Positions 8,329 through 16,902 of a stretch of DNA of 64,000 nucleotides are shown here, piece after piece. Position numbers and translations under genes: made by a program. The stretch comes from Escherichia phage EC100, in sequence record NC_105587.1; one strand, written 5' to 3'. The first letter of the stretch is position 1, and each line of letters begins with the position of its first letter. Below the pieces are notes generated by a model. The model saw nothing but the letters and a program-made list of their open reading frames with translations. It ran no database searches and was not told where the DNA came from.

Positions 8329-10203
8329 ATGAATCGCAATGATGAACTAAAGTACAAGGAAATGCAGTCCTTGATTAGAAACTGCAAAGAAATTATTGAG
8401 GGTTCTGCTGATGAAGAGCTTCTCTTTAATAATGCGAATAAACCCTCTGAGCGTTTCCCTACACAAAGGGATATGCTTGCAGGGGAATTGAGTAAATATC
8501 TGATTCTAGAAGAAATGCCAATTCAGATTCGAAATGCTCATATGATTGGTGATATTCACTTTCATGATGCTGATTACGCTGCTTTAGGCATGACTAACTG
8601 TTGCCTAGTAGCCCTGGAAGATATGTTGAAAAATGGTATGAAAGTTGGTAATGCTGAAATTAGCACTCCAAACTCTATCACTACTGCGGCTGCTATTACA
8701 GCTCAGATTATCACACAGGTTAGTTCCCATCAGTATGGAGGTACTTCTGTAGACCGATTAGATGAGGTATTGGCTCCTTATGTTCGTAAGTCTTATGATA
8801 AGAATCATGCGTTTGCAAAACGTTGGACTAAGGATGAAGCCAAAGCATCAGTAATGGCTACGGAGATGACTGAAAAAGAAGTCTATGATGCTTGTCAAGG
8901 TCTAGAGTATGAAATCAATACGATGTTCAACTCTAATGGTCAGAGTCCATTTATTACCTTTGGTTTTGGTCTAGGAACTTCTTGGGAAGCACGTCTAGTA
9001 CAGAAAGCAATACTGAAAGTACGTATGGATGGCTTAGGCATCAATAAACGTACAGCTATCTTTCCGAAACTGGTGTTTGTTCTGCGTGATGGCGTAAATA
9101 TGAAGCCAGGAGATGTTAATTATGACATCAAGAAGTTAGCTATGAAATGTACTGCTGAACGTATGTATCCGGACTATATAAGCTATGATAAGGTTGTGGA
9201 AGTTACGGGCGACTATAAAGTTTCTATGGGCTGCCGTTCATTCCTAGCTGCTACAGAAGATGGTGAAACTGCCGGTCGTAATAACTTAGGTGTTGTTTCT
9301 ATAAACTTGCCTAGAATTGCTATCGAAGCTGAGGGGAATATTGATCTATTCTTTGATTTGCTTGAGTTACGTGTGGATACAGCGTTAAAAGCATTGGAGT
9401 GGAGGGTTGATCGCTTAAAATACATTCAAGCTAAAGCCGCACCCATCCTCTATATGTCAGGAGCCTTTGGATTACGCTTAGGGCCTGATGAGTATGTATT
9501 CGATCATTTCTATAACCGTGCTTCTGTATCTCTGGGGTATATTGGTTGCCATGAAATGTTACAGTTCATGTTTGGCAAAGATGTGGATACAATGTCAGAC
9601 ACCTGTATTAAGTTTGTACAACGTGTTCTACAGTATATGCGGGATAGAGTGGATCAGAAGAAGGAAGAGACTCAGTTAGGCTATAGTCTGTATGCTACAC
9701 CATCAGAGTCCCTATGTGATCGCTTTTGTCGTCTAGACCATGAATATTTCCCGGAGCATGAAGATATTCTGTCCAAAGGTTACTACACTAACTCACACCA
9801 CCTCGATGTGGAGCGTAAGGTTGCTCCAAACGTGAAGTTTGACTATGAATCTAATTTTACTCCAATTGCATCTGGTGGGTGTATTTCCTACGTGGAATTA
9901 CCAGACATGAAACGATTCCCAGATGCACTGGAATGGGTTATTAACTATGCTGCTAGTAAGGTTCATTACTTTGGTATTAATACTCCAGTGGATTCTTGTG
10001 GTAAATGTGGATTCTTAGGTGAAACAGTAGCATCCGAAGATGGATTCAAGTGCCCTATCTGTGGTAATCATGACCCTGAAACTCTTGAAGTAACTCGTCG
10101 AGTTTGTGGGTATCTTGGAAATCCAGGTGCTCGTCCGTTTAACCCAGGCAAACAACATGAGGTTATGGGCAGGGTGAAACATCAGGATATTCTAGCTAAA
10201 TAA
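8329..10203 (+). CDS. nrdD: anaerobic ribonucleotide reductase, class III catalytic subunit
   Basis: 624 aa; C-terminal Zn-ribbon CGKCG...CPICG and glycyl-radical motif RVCGYLG. Confidence 0.85.
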   Translation: MNRNDELKYKEMQSLIRNCKEIIEGSADEELLFNNANKPSERFPTQRDMLAGELSKYLILEEMPIQIRNAHMIGDIHFHDADYAALGMTNCCLVALEDMLKNGMKVGNAEISTPNSITTAAAITAQIITQVSSHQYGGTSVDRLDEVLAPYVRKSYDKNHAFAKRWTKDEAKASVMATEMTEKEVYDACQGLEYEINTMFNSNGQSPFITFGFGLGTSWEARLVQKAILKVRMDGLGINKRTAIFPKLVFVLRDGVNMKPGDVNYDIKKLAMKCTAERMYPDYISYDKVVEVTGDYKVSMGCRSFLAATEDGETAGRNNLGVVSINLPRIAIEAEGNIDLFFDLLELRVDTALKALEWRVDRLKYIQAKAAPILYMSGAFGLRLGPDEYVFDHFYNRASVSLGYIGCHEMLQFMFGKDVDTMSDTCIKFVQRVLQYMRDRVDQKKEETQLGYSLYATPSESLCDRFCRLDHEYFPEHEDILSKGYYTNSHHLDVERKVAPNVKFDYESNFTPIASGGCISYVELPDMKRFPDALEWVINYAASKVHYFGINTPVDSCGKCGFLGETVASEDGFKCPICGNHDPETLEVTRRVCGYLGNPGARPFNPGKQHEVMGRVKHQDILAK

Positions 10204-10210
10204 GCTAATC

Positions 10211-10245
10211 AGCCAGGTTGCTAGTCGACCTGGCTTTTATTTTAT
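10211..10245 (+). terminator. rho-independent terminator after nrdD
   Basis: AGCCAGGT / ACCTGGCT 8-bp stem followed by TTTTATTTTATTT. Confidence 0.7.
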
Positions 10246-10274
10246 TTGCTTTCAGCTAAAAATTTATGTATAAT
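10246..10274 (+). promoter_or_regulatory. cassette promoter, TTGCTT-17-TATAAT
   Basis: Followed by the conserved leader ATAGATTTATAAATTTGAGAGGAG and ATG at 10303. Confidence 0.6.
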
Positions 10275-10302
10275 AGATTTATAAATTTGAGAGGAGAAAG
10301 AT

Positions 10303-10515
10303 ATGAGGATTCATAAGGTAGATAAAGATCGTATCTATTTTGTTATGGACTCAGGAGCATATGGTTCCATTCTCTGTGAGGATATAACTAAATTATGTTT
10401 AGTAAATACTTGGATGGACGAAGAGAAGATTGATCCTAGGGCGGGATTGTGCTTATCTGAGCCCGCCCTTTCTATTGCTAATGCAGAAATTGAAATGTTT
10501 GAGGAACAAGAATGA
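10303..10515 (+). CDS. hypothetical protein
   Basis: 70-aa ORF directly behind the cassette promoter and SD. Confidence 0.45.
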   Translation: MRIHKVDKDRIYFVMDSGAYGSILCEDITKLCLVNTWMDEEKIDPRAGLCLSEPALSIANAEIEMFEEQE

Positions 10516-10715
10516 AAAACGTAAAACATCTTAAATATCGCTTAATTTACAACGGACGTATGGAAACAGAAGATCTGGCCCAACTAGCTATTAATTCTAA
10601 TGAGGTTACAGTGCGTGCACTGGCAATTGAAAAGTTGCGTGCTTCTTATGAAAATCGTGTTATGGAACTAGAGGAGAAACTTTATGGACTTCTTGAATCA
10701 GAATCTAAAAAGTAA
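10512..10715 (+). CDS. hypothetical protein
   Basis: 67-aa ORF, 4-nt overlap with upstream gene. Confidence 0.4.
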   Translation: MKNVKHLKYRLIYNGRMETEDLAQLAINSNEVTVRALAIEKLRASYENRVMELEEKLYGLLESESKK

Positions 10716-10878
10716 TCCAGAAAACATGCTTATTGAGCAGTGGAACTTTGGTTATAATGCTGGTGTAGCTACTTGTATTGCTAGATTGGATATGCTTATT
10801 AAACAAGAAAAGGTACGCCCGGAGGAAGCAATTTTACTCCGAAATATTATCGAAGGATTTAAGCAAGGAATCGTATAG
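10684..10878 (+). CDS. hypothetical protein
   Basis: 64-aa ORF in operon context. Confidence 0.35.
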   Translation: MDFLNQNLKSNPENMLIEQWNFGYNAGVATCIARLDMLIKQEKVRPEEAILLRNIIEGFKQGIV

Positions 10879-11714
10879 TGCGTAGATTAATTATTATTAG
10901 CGGTGCGGGTTTGAGTGTTGAAAGTGGTGTACGAGCTTTTCGTACTGATACTGCTAGTGGTAAAGCATTGTGGGATGATTATGACTTAGAAGAGGTATGT
11001 AATATTCATGCCTTTCGTGGTAATTTTTATCATAAAACTCATATGTTTTACAACAAGCGTCGTGAAGAGCTAAAAACTGTTGAACCCAATCTTGCACACT
11101 TGCGTATTGGTGAATGGTATAAGAAATATCCGGGTCAAGTAGTAAACTTGACTACCAACGTTGATGACCTTATTGAGCGTGCTGGCGTTCCACATAGTGA
11201 CATTCTGCACATTCATGGGTATTTAAAAGAGGTTGTTGTAGCTGATAGCTACAATAGTAGCAATAAACGAATTATTGATATTGGGTATAGCTCTATTGAC
11301 CCAGATGATTATAAATGGGTTAAACCTAATGTAATCTTCTTCGGGGAACATGCTCCAGCATATGCAGAAATGTACAATGTTTTTGATGGTATTACCAGTC
11401 AAGATATGATCATTGTGGTTGGTTGCTCTAATCAAGTAATTAACTTCTACTGGGAATTATTCCCTGTTCTTAATCTGACTTCTGCAAAACTTATGGTAGT
11501 TAACTACTATGATAGTGCTCTAGCGGTGGAACCAGGCTATCAAGGTATGACTCGTAGTGAGATGTACCAATTGGAAGAACGCGGTATCCCTTACTGGAGT
11601 AAAGGTGCGGTAGATGCTTTCAGTGACCCTGGTTTTATTGCTCGTGTAGAAGCCCATTTAGAGGGTAGACCTTATGTGCCGGAGAGAATGGGGAACAAAT
11701 ATGTCCATAGTTAA
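10878..11714 (+). CDS. Sir2 (sirtuin)-like NAD-binding protein
   Basis: 278 aa, GTG start; GAGLSVESGVRAFR, TTNVDDL and HIHG motifs; no CxxC...CxxC zinc ribbon seen. Confidence 0.7.
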   Translation: MRRLIIISGAGLSVESGVRAFRTDTASGKALWDDYDLEEVCNIHAFRGNFYHKTHMFYNKRREELKTVEPNLAHLRIGEWYKKYPGQVVNLTTNVDDLIERAGVPHSDILHIHGYLKEVVVADSYNSSNKRIIDIGYSSIDPDDYKWVKPNVIFFGEHAPAYAEMYNVFDGITSQDMIIVVGCSNQVINFYWELFPVLNLTSAKLMVVNYYDSALAVEPGYQGMTRSEMYQLEERGIPYWSKGAVDAFSDPGFIARVEAHLEGRPYVPERMGNKYVHS

Positions 11715-11883
11715 ATCTGTGTATACACATCCCGATGATATATTTGTATGGGCGGATGGTAGTTGGTGTTATCGATGTGAGCTATGGGAAATGGACTATA
11801 AATCCGATGACTATGGTGTCATATATGTTGATACGGCTGAGTATGATACGTTCTTAGAAAGGAACAAAAATGGAAATAAGTAA
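11701..11883 (+). CDS. hypothetical protein
   Basis: ATG at 11701 overlaps the Sir2 gene end by 14 nt; ORF-track start at 11674 is less likely. Confidence 0.3.
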   Translation: MSIVKSVYTHPDDIFVWADGSWCYRCELWEMDYKSDDYGVIYVDTAEYDTFLERNKNGNK

Positions 11884-12376
11884 TACTCCAATTATTTTTC
11901 TAGACATTGATGGGGTGCTTAATTCGAGCATCTCCCACCATCATGCACCTGATGATGAAAAGATTTTCTTTGGAAGTGACTGGGTTTTTAAACCACTTCT
12001 CAAGGCTTTTCAGGACTTTATTCGTCCTTCTCCAATAATGATTGTTGGGGTATCTTCATGGTTCTCTGTCAAGAATGAGATGGAGAACGTTCAGATTATG
12101 GCCGGATTAGATCTTATCGATCGTTTTCTTGGTACAACGGATTTTACTGGTGGTGGGCTATCTAGAGGTAATTCTGTTCTTCGCTTCGTTGAAAAGCATA
12201 AGCTCAAACATTGGTGTGTGCTGGATGACGCTGGTGCTATGATGTATCAGTATCCAACGGTTATAGTCAACGGTAGAACTGGAATAAATCTTCAAGATTT
12301 AAGAGCTGTTAGCTATATGTTAGAATTTAGTCCAGATCTTGAAATGTGTAAAGCCCTACAACAATTTAAGGTGTAA
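11870..12376 (+). CDS. HAD-superfamily phosphatase-like protein
   Basis: 168 aa; motif I FLDIDGVL near N-terminus and a C-terminal LDD acidic motif. Confidence 0.45.
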   Translation: MEISNTPIIFLDIDGVLNSSISHHHAPDDEKIFFGSDWVFKPLLKAFQDFIRPSPIMIVGVSSWFSVKNEMENVQIMAGLDLIDRFLGTTDFTGGGLSRGNSVLRFVEKHKLKHWCVLDDAGAMMYQYPTVIVNGRTGINLQDLRAVSYMLEFSPDLEMCKALQQFKV

Positions 12377-12378
12377 AT

Positions 12379-12807
12379 ATGTTCAATAATGTATTCTCTA
12401 AAGAAGCTAACCCAATATTGGTTAATTTTTGGCGTACTCTTCCAGACAACCTGTACAATGAGGCTATTAATGCTCTGAAAATATGGTGTGAGAATAATGA
12501 AATCTCCTTTGCTTTTAAAGGTGAGATTGAAGAAGCTCCCTGTATTGGTTTAATTGTGCAGGTAGAGGATGGCTTTGAAGAGATTGTCGGCTGGAAAGAG
12601 TTAGATGAAATGGGCTTGGTTTTTGCGTTAAACTATAAGCTGTTTATGCCTAATAAGCACCGTATTGTTGTTAACTATAAAACCAGTGAATCTCCGGGCT
12701 TTCAAGTTAATGAACATTACGGTTGGTCTTACTCACCGGAAGAAGTAAATGATGGTATACAAAAACTTCGTCGTTTTGGTTATCAAATTCCGGGTTTAAC
12801 CGCCTAA
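12379..12807 (+). CDS. hypothetical protein, paralog 1
   Basis: 142 aa; shares E(L)D..MGL(V/I)(F/V)ALN(Y/F).LF.P core and C-terminal (I/Y)(P/V)GL with the next ORF. Confidence 0.5.
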   Translation: MFNNVFSKEANPILVNFWRTLPDNLYNEAINALKIWCENNEISFAFKGEIEEAPCIGLIVQVEDGFEEIVGWKELDEMGLVFALNYKLFMPNKHRIVVNYKTSESPGFQVNEHYGWSYSPEEVNDGIQKLRRFGYQIPGLTA

Positions 12808-12817
12808 AGGGGGCACA

Positions 12818-13210
12818 ATGGAACAAGTATATTGGCGTCAGATTGATCCTAGTTTGGTGAAGCGTGCGGAGAAGCTGCTACAACGTTGGTTGGGGGTAAG
12901 ACAAGCCTCCTTCACTTTTCCGGAGCAGCAAATAGACGATCCCTGTGTTGGTGTTTTCCTATCAGGCTACGCTAGGGAATGGGAATTGGATTGGAATGAA
13001 TTGTCTGCTATGGGTTTAATTGTTGCACTAAATTTCTCTTTGTTCCATCCACGTGGTTTGGCCATATGTCGTGTGCCTGATGACGGTTGTTCGCCCCATC
13101 TTTTACAGGTGGAAGATGATATTTGGGAGTACACTCCAGATATTCTCAAAGAAGCCAAAGAACAATTAAACCGTGTTGGGATCTATGTTCCGGGGCTAAA
13201 TGATAAATGA
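12818..13210 (+). CDS. hypothetical protein, paralog 2
   Basis: 130 aa; tandem paralog of 12379-12807. Confidence 0.5.
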   Translation: MEQVYWRQIDPSLVKRAEKLLQRWLGVRQASFTFPEQQIDDPCVGVFLSGYAREWELDWNELSAMGLIVALNFSLFHPRGLAICRVPDDGCSPHLLQVEDDIWEYTPDILKEAKEQLNRVGIYVPGLNDK

Positions 13211-13233
13211 TTTTTATTAGTTGACCTCTGATT

Positions 13234-13262
13234 ACCGAGTCATTTTGGCTCGGTTTTCTCTA
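13234..13262 (+). terminator. putative rho-independent terminator
   Basis: ACCGAG / CTCGGT stem followed by TTTCTC. Confidence 0.4.
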
Positions 13263-13301
13263 TGCTCAAAGACACTGATAGCACCATCCGGAAAATTTTA
13301 C

Positions 13302-13330
13302 TTGCAGGATGCCCAAAATCTTGATATAAT
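13302..13330 (+). promoter_or_regulatory. extended -10 promoter (TTGCAG-17-TATAAT with TGn) with no ORF behind it
   Basis: TGATATAAT extended -10 at 13322-13330; the next ORF starts about 500 nt downstream. Confidence 0.5.
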
Positions 13331-13827
13331 ATTTATATTGAATTGAGAGACATTAGTAAAAATTGATTTTGCTAATTTTTCTTGTTTACAATCCGCGATA
13401 CGGAACAGTTAGGCTGCCCCATTAAGGGTTGTTTTAACTATTACTAGTGTTTATATTGCATTAGTTAATCTTCAATTAAGTGATCTGTGTACCCTGAATT
13501 CGGAAAGGTAAATCCAAACCGTGCATATTTAGCTCGTTATATAGGCAGAGTTTTATATGGGGGTGCGAACGAAAAGAGCAGCGAATGGCGGCACGTACAG
13601 TAGTCACCTACCAATAGGATAGTGAGGACAAATAGAATCGGCTTAGCGGCCAATGACCTAGGTTCTATTCTGTATATGAGCGAAGAGAGCACAGCACTGA
13701 GATATGATAACTTATTCATATTGTTTGATGATAATTGATGTTTACGTAAATAGTAGTAATAGTTGTTCTATTCTTTCTGAATAGTCCTAAAGAAAAGATT
13801 TCGATTAACCAACACAGGAGTATTGTT

Positions 13828-15666
13828 GTGTTTTCTATCCTTCAAGGTCACGCCGGATTTTCTCGTGATTTAGCAACAGGTATTTGGCGAGAAATCAAAG
13901 CGGAAGATTATACCTTTGCCAAGCGATTCTCGAAAGAGCATCCAGAAGGTAAACCAGCTTCTATGCCCTTCAAATTTGATGTAATAGAAGAGCACGACCC
14001 ACAAAGCCTTGCCGAAATGTTACCCCTTATGAGACGTTTAACGTCTGACCCTCATATCGTTGCGGTACGAGGTCGATGTCTTGCACCTAAAAATAATGTG
14101 CGACGTAAGAAAGGTAACTTTAATGTATCTAATCCTAGTAATATTATTGCTATGGACGTGGATGGTATCCTAGATACCGGTGGGTACGACAAATTTAATC
14201 TTGTTGGTATGGCCCGCCACATTATTAAGATGTTGAATAGTATTAGTGAGGATATGTTTCCTCTTGATGCAGGCTTTATAGCTCATGCATCATCTTCGGC
14301 TGGGCTAAAACCAGGTATCCGAATGCACTTAATGCTAGAATCTAACGTCAAGGTAACTCAGGGTCAGCTAAAGTTCTTATTTACATCTATCAACGATAGT
14401 AGTAAGCAAAAATTTGGTTTTGATATTGCCGACCTAGCTTATTATTCATCTGTCCAGCTCCACTATTTTGCCGACCCCTTATTTAGCGATGGTATTGTTG
14501 ATCCGTTTAAAGCGGAGAGTAAGCCACGTCTGGTGTATGTTAAAGGTTCGAAAGTAAATTTGCCCAATAATCTAGTTGACTATGAAACAACTAGAGGGGA
14601 GTTTAAGGAAGAGTTTTATTCTTTACTTGATCAAATTAAAGGCAAAAAGATTGCTTCTGATAAAGTAGAAGAAACCATCAGCGAGTTAGAAGAGGCTGAT
14701 GATGGAGTGTATTTGCGTATTATCCCCAAACTATACCATAGAGCATTAGAGGATGGTGTTGATTTTGCATGGCTAGAACGTGAGATTAAACCAGCTTTAT
14801 CTGAATATATTGCAACTAAAGATAACAGTCGTAATATTCAAGATTACTTTAATAACGGTCGTAAGCAGGCTCTCAAAGCGTTTGTTAATAATTCTAAACG
14901 TGAGATTCCATTAAATCTGAAAGGTGTTCCACTTAAGAAATTAGAAGTGGATTCTCCACCAGAAGTTCCATACCTGAAGATTAATATTGTGCCCCCAAAA
15001 GGCCATATAACATTTGTTAAGGCAAGTCTTGGTACGGGTAAAACTACGGCAGTAACTAAATGGCTGGACGCAGGTGTTCTTCCGGGCAACTTTTTAGCAG
15101 TTACAAATACTAGAGCACTGGTATCTTCAAATGCCAAGAAATTTAGTGCAGGACAATACGATAAGTCTGTAGATATGCTCAACTTTAAGCGTGGAGCTAT
15201 TGATCGTATGTCCACAACTATTCACTCTTTGCATAAGTTCAAAAGTTTTATTGGGCAAATAGACACCATTTTTATTGATGAATGTGACGCTGTAATGAAT
15301 GACCTATTATTCGCCCCTGTTGTTAAACAACGTCGTGAGTGTATTCAAGTTCTACGTGACATCCTCATGACAGCTAAGACTGTAATCTTATCCGATGGTG
15401 ATATTAGTGCTGAGACGATTGAAGCATATGGTTCTCTAATTGATTTTGATAAACCGGTTGCATTTTATAATCATCACCGTAAAATGCTGTCAAAAGCTCA
15501 TGCTTATGAGTTCCCTGATGAGTCCAGTATTTGGGTTGCACTTCAGACTTCTCTAGAGATGGGTGAGAAATCTATTCTAGTATCTGATTGTGGCCCGGAT
15601 GAGCTAAATGAGAAAGGTATGGCACTGCGTCGTAATACGGGTGCGTTAGTTAAGGAAATCCATTGA
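13828..15666 (+). CDS. helicase-like protein, N-terminal portion, ends at in-frame TGA
   Basis: 612 aa, GTG start with AGGAG SD; Walker A GTGKTT and Walker B IFIDECD. Confidence 0.6.
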   Translation: MFSILQGHAGFSRDLATGIWREIKAEDYTFAKRFSKEHPEGKPASMPFKFDVIEEHDPQSLAEMLPLMRRLTSDPHIVAVRGRCLAPKNNVRRKKGNFNVSNPSNIIAMDVDGILDTGGYDKFNLVGMARHIIKMLNSISEDMFPLDAGFIAHASSSAGLKPGIRMHLMLESNVKVTQGQLKFLFTSINDSSKQKFGFDIADLAYYSSVQLHYFADPLFSDGIVDPFKAESKPRLVYVKGSKVNLPNNLVDYETTRGEFKEEFYSLLDQIKGKKIASDKVEETISELEEADDGVYLRIIPKLYHRALEDGVDFAWLEREIKPALSEYIATKDNSRNIQDYFNNGRKQALKAFVNNSKREIPLNLKGVPLKKLEVDSPPEVPYLKINIVPPKGHITFVKASLGTGKTTAVTKWLDAGVLPGNFLAVTNTRALVSSNAKKFSAGQYDKSVDMLNFKRGAIDRMSTTIHSLHKFKSFIGQIDTIFIDECDAVMNDLLFAPVVKQRRECIQVLRDILMTAKTVILSDGDISAETIEAYGSLIDFDKPVAFYNHHRKMLSKAHAYEFPDESSIWVALQTSLEMGEKSILVSDCGPDELNEKGMALRRNTGALVKEIH

Positions 15667-15681
15667 AACTCTACCTCAGAT

Positions 15682-16617
15682 GTGGATATTCGACGTATTC
15701 TGGATTACACAACTAATGAACTAATTGATCAACAAATTGATTGCTTATTATGTAGTCCATCCGTAACGAGTGGTGTTGACTTTAACTATTTTGATAACGT
15801 ATTTGTGATTACTAGAACTAGTAATCAAGCGCCAAACATGCGTTTCCAAGCAATCAGGCGCGACCGTGGTGCTCAGAATATCTATTATTTTATTGATAAA
15901 TCCACTAGTGGATTCTCCGCAGGTTCTGAACAATATAATATTGATGAGGGTTGGCTGGAGTTAGCACAGCAATTATATGCACGTCGCAGGGAGCTGGAAT
16001 CTAGGAACTATACTAGTACTTTACGTTATTACTTGCTTGATCAGGGTGCAACTATTGATATTTTCAGTGAAAGCTGGGGAACTATTGAAGGTGCTGGTAA
16101 AGAGTACACAGAAGAGCGAATCAAAGCTATTCTGCACTCAACTCCTGATTATTGTGCTCCACGTCATGCGGATGCGTATGAAGCTAAGCTACTTCTTGTT
16201 CGCTATTATCATCTCGAGTCTATTAAAGATGTAACAGTTGAGCATGTTGAACAATATATAAAAGATAAACCGAATGATCGAGCTGCATTCTTCCATAAGA
16301 TGCACGAGATGTTCTGGGAAGATATTAAGAAGTGTTCAAATGTGACCATTAAACCATTCATAGAGGCTCTGAAAGGTAAGAAGAAAGATTTCTTCCTTAA
16401 AACCGGTCAGAGTGCTAACCCAAAATATGCTAGAATGTATCTTGGCATGATGGGTATTGGTAAGGATATGAACACGGAGAATATCGTAGACTGGTACAGA
16501 ACCTACTGTAAAATCGAGTGTATGCCAATTCCTTATAAATTCATGACTGACGAGGAAAAACATATGCACGATGAAGCAATGTCAGAGCTAGGTGCTAGAA
16601 ATGACAGTGAAGAATAA
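15682..16617 (+). CDS. helicase-like protein, C-terminal portion (same frame as 13828-15666)
   Basis: 311 aa in the same reading frame 15 nt after the TGA; helicase-like SPSVTSGVDF motif; no SD in front of its GTG. Confidence 0.5.
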   Translation: MDIRRILDYTTNELIDQQIDCLLCSPSVTSGVDFNYFDNVFVITRTSNQAPNMRFQAIRRDRGAQNIYYFIDKSTSGFSAGSEQYNIDEGWLELAQQLYARRRELESRNYTSTLRYYLLDQGATIDIFSESWGTIEGAGKEYTEERIKAILHSTPDYCAPRHADAYEAKLLLVRYYHLESIKDVTVEHVEQYIKDKPNDRAAFFHKMHEMFWEDIKKCSNVTIKPFIEALKGKKKDFFLKTGQSANPKYARMYLGMMGIGKDMNTENIVDWYRTYCKIECMPIPYKFMTDEEKHMHDEAMSELGARNDSEE

Positions 16618-16834
16618 AAAATGGGAAACAAGGAAGTTTCCAGTAAAAGAACGTAAAGTTCCTGTTTATGATACTTCGGAAAAGCTATGTAGGGTGGTAC
16701 CACATAGATTAGCTGGTATCCCTAACATATCCGAGTGGTTACTTAAACAACGGAGGACTAACGTATCTCTTCGCATAGGGTTTGAGTTAGATAAAGTATA
16801 TGCTGAACTTTCTTCTTTGCTCAAGGAATCGTAA
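16592..16834 (+). CDS. hypothetical protein
   Basis: 80-aa ORF overlapping the helicase 3' end. Confidence 0.3.
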   Translation: MLEMTVKNKKWETRKFPVKERKVPVYDTSEKLCRVVPHRLAGIPNISEWLLKQRRTNVSLRIGFELDKVYAELSSLLKES

Positions 16835-16842
16835 AAATTTAT

Positions 16843-16871
16843 TTGCTTTCAGGAAAATTTTTCTGTATAAT
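16843..16871 (+). promoter_or_regulatory. cassette promoter, TTGCTT-17-TATAAT
   Basis: Near-identical to the 10241-10302 cassette, including the leader ATAGATTCATAAATTTGAGAGAGGAG. Confidence 0.6.
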
Positions 16872-16902
16872 AGATTCATAAATTTGAGAGAGGAGTTTAA
16901 AT

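Noticed and set aside
13211-13827. tRNA gene(s) in the long non-coding region
   Set aside because: No convincing cloverleaf, acceptor stem or GTTCGAAT-type T-loop could be recognised by eye; an automated tRNA search is still needed.
14844-15215. 123-aa minus-strand ORF
   Set aside because: Antisense within the helicase-like gene; no independent signals.
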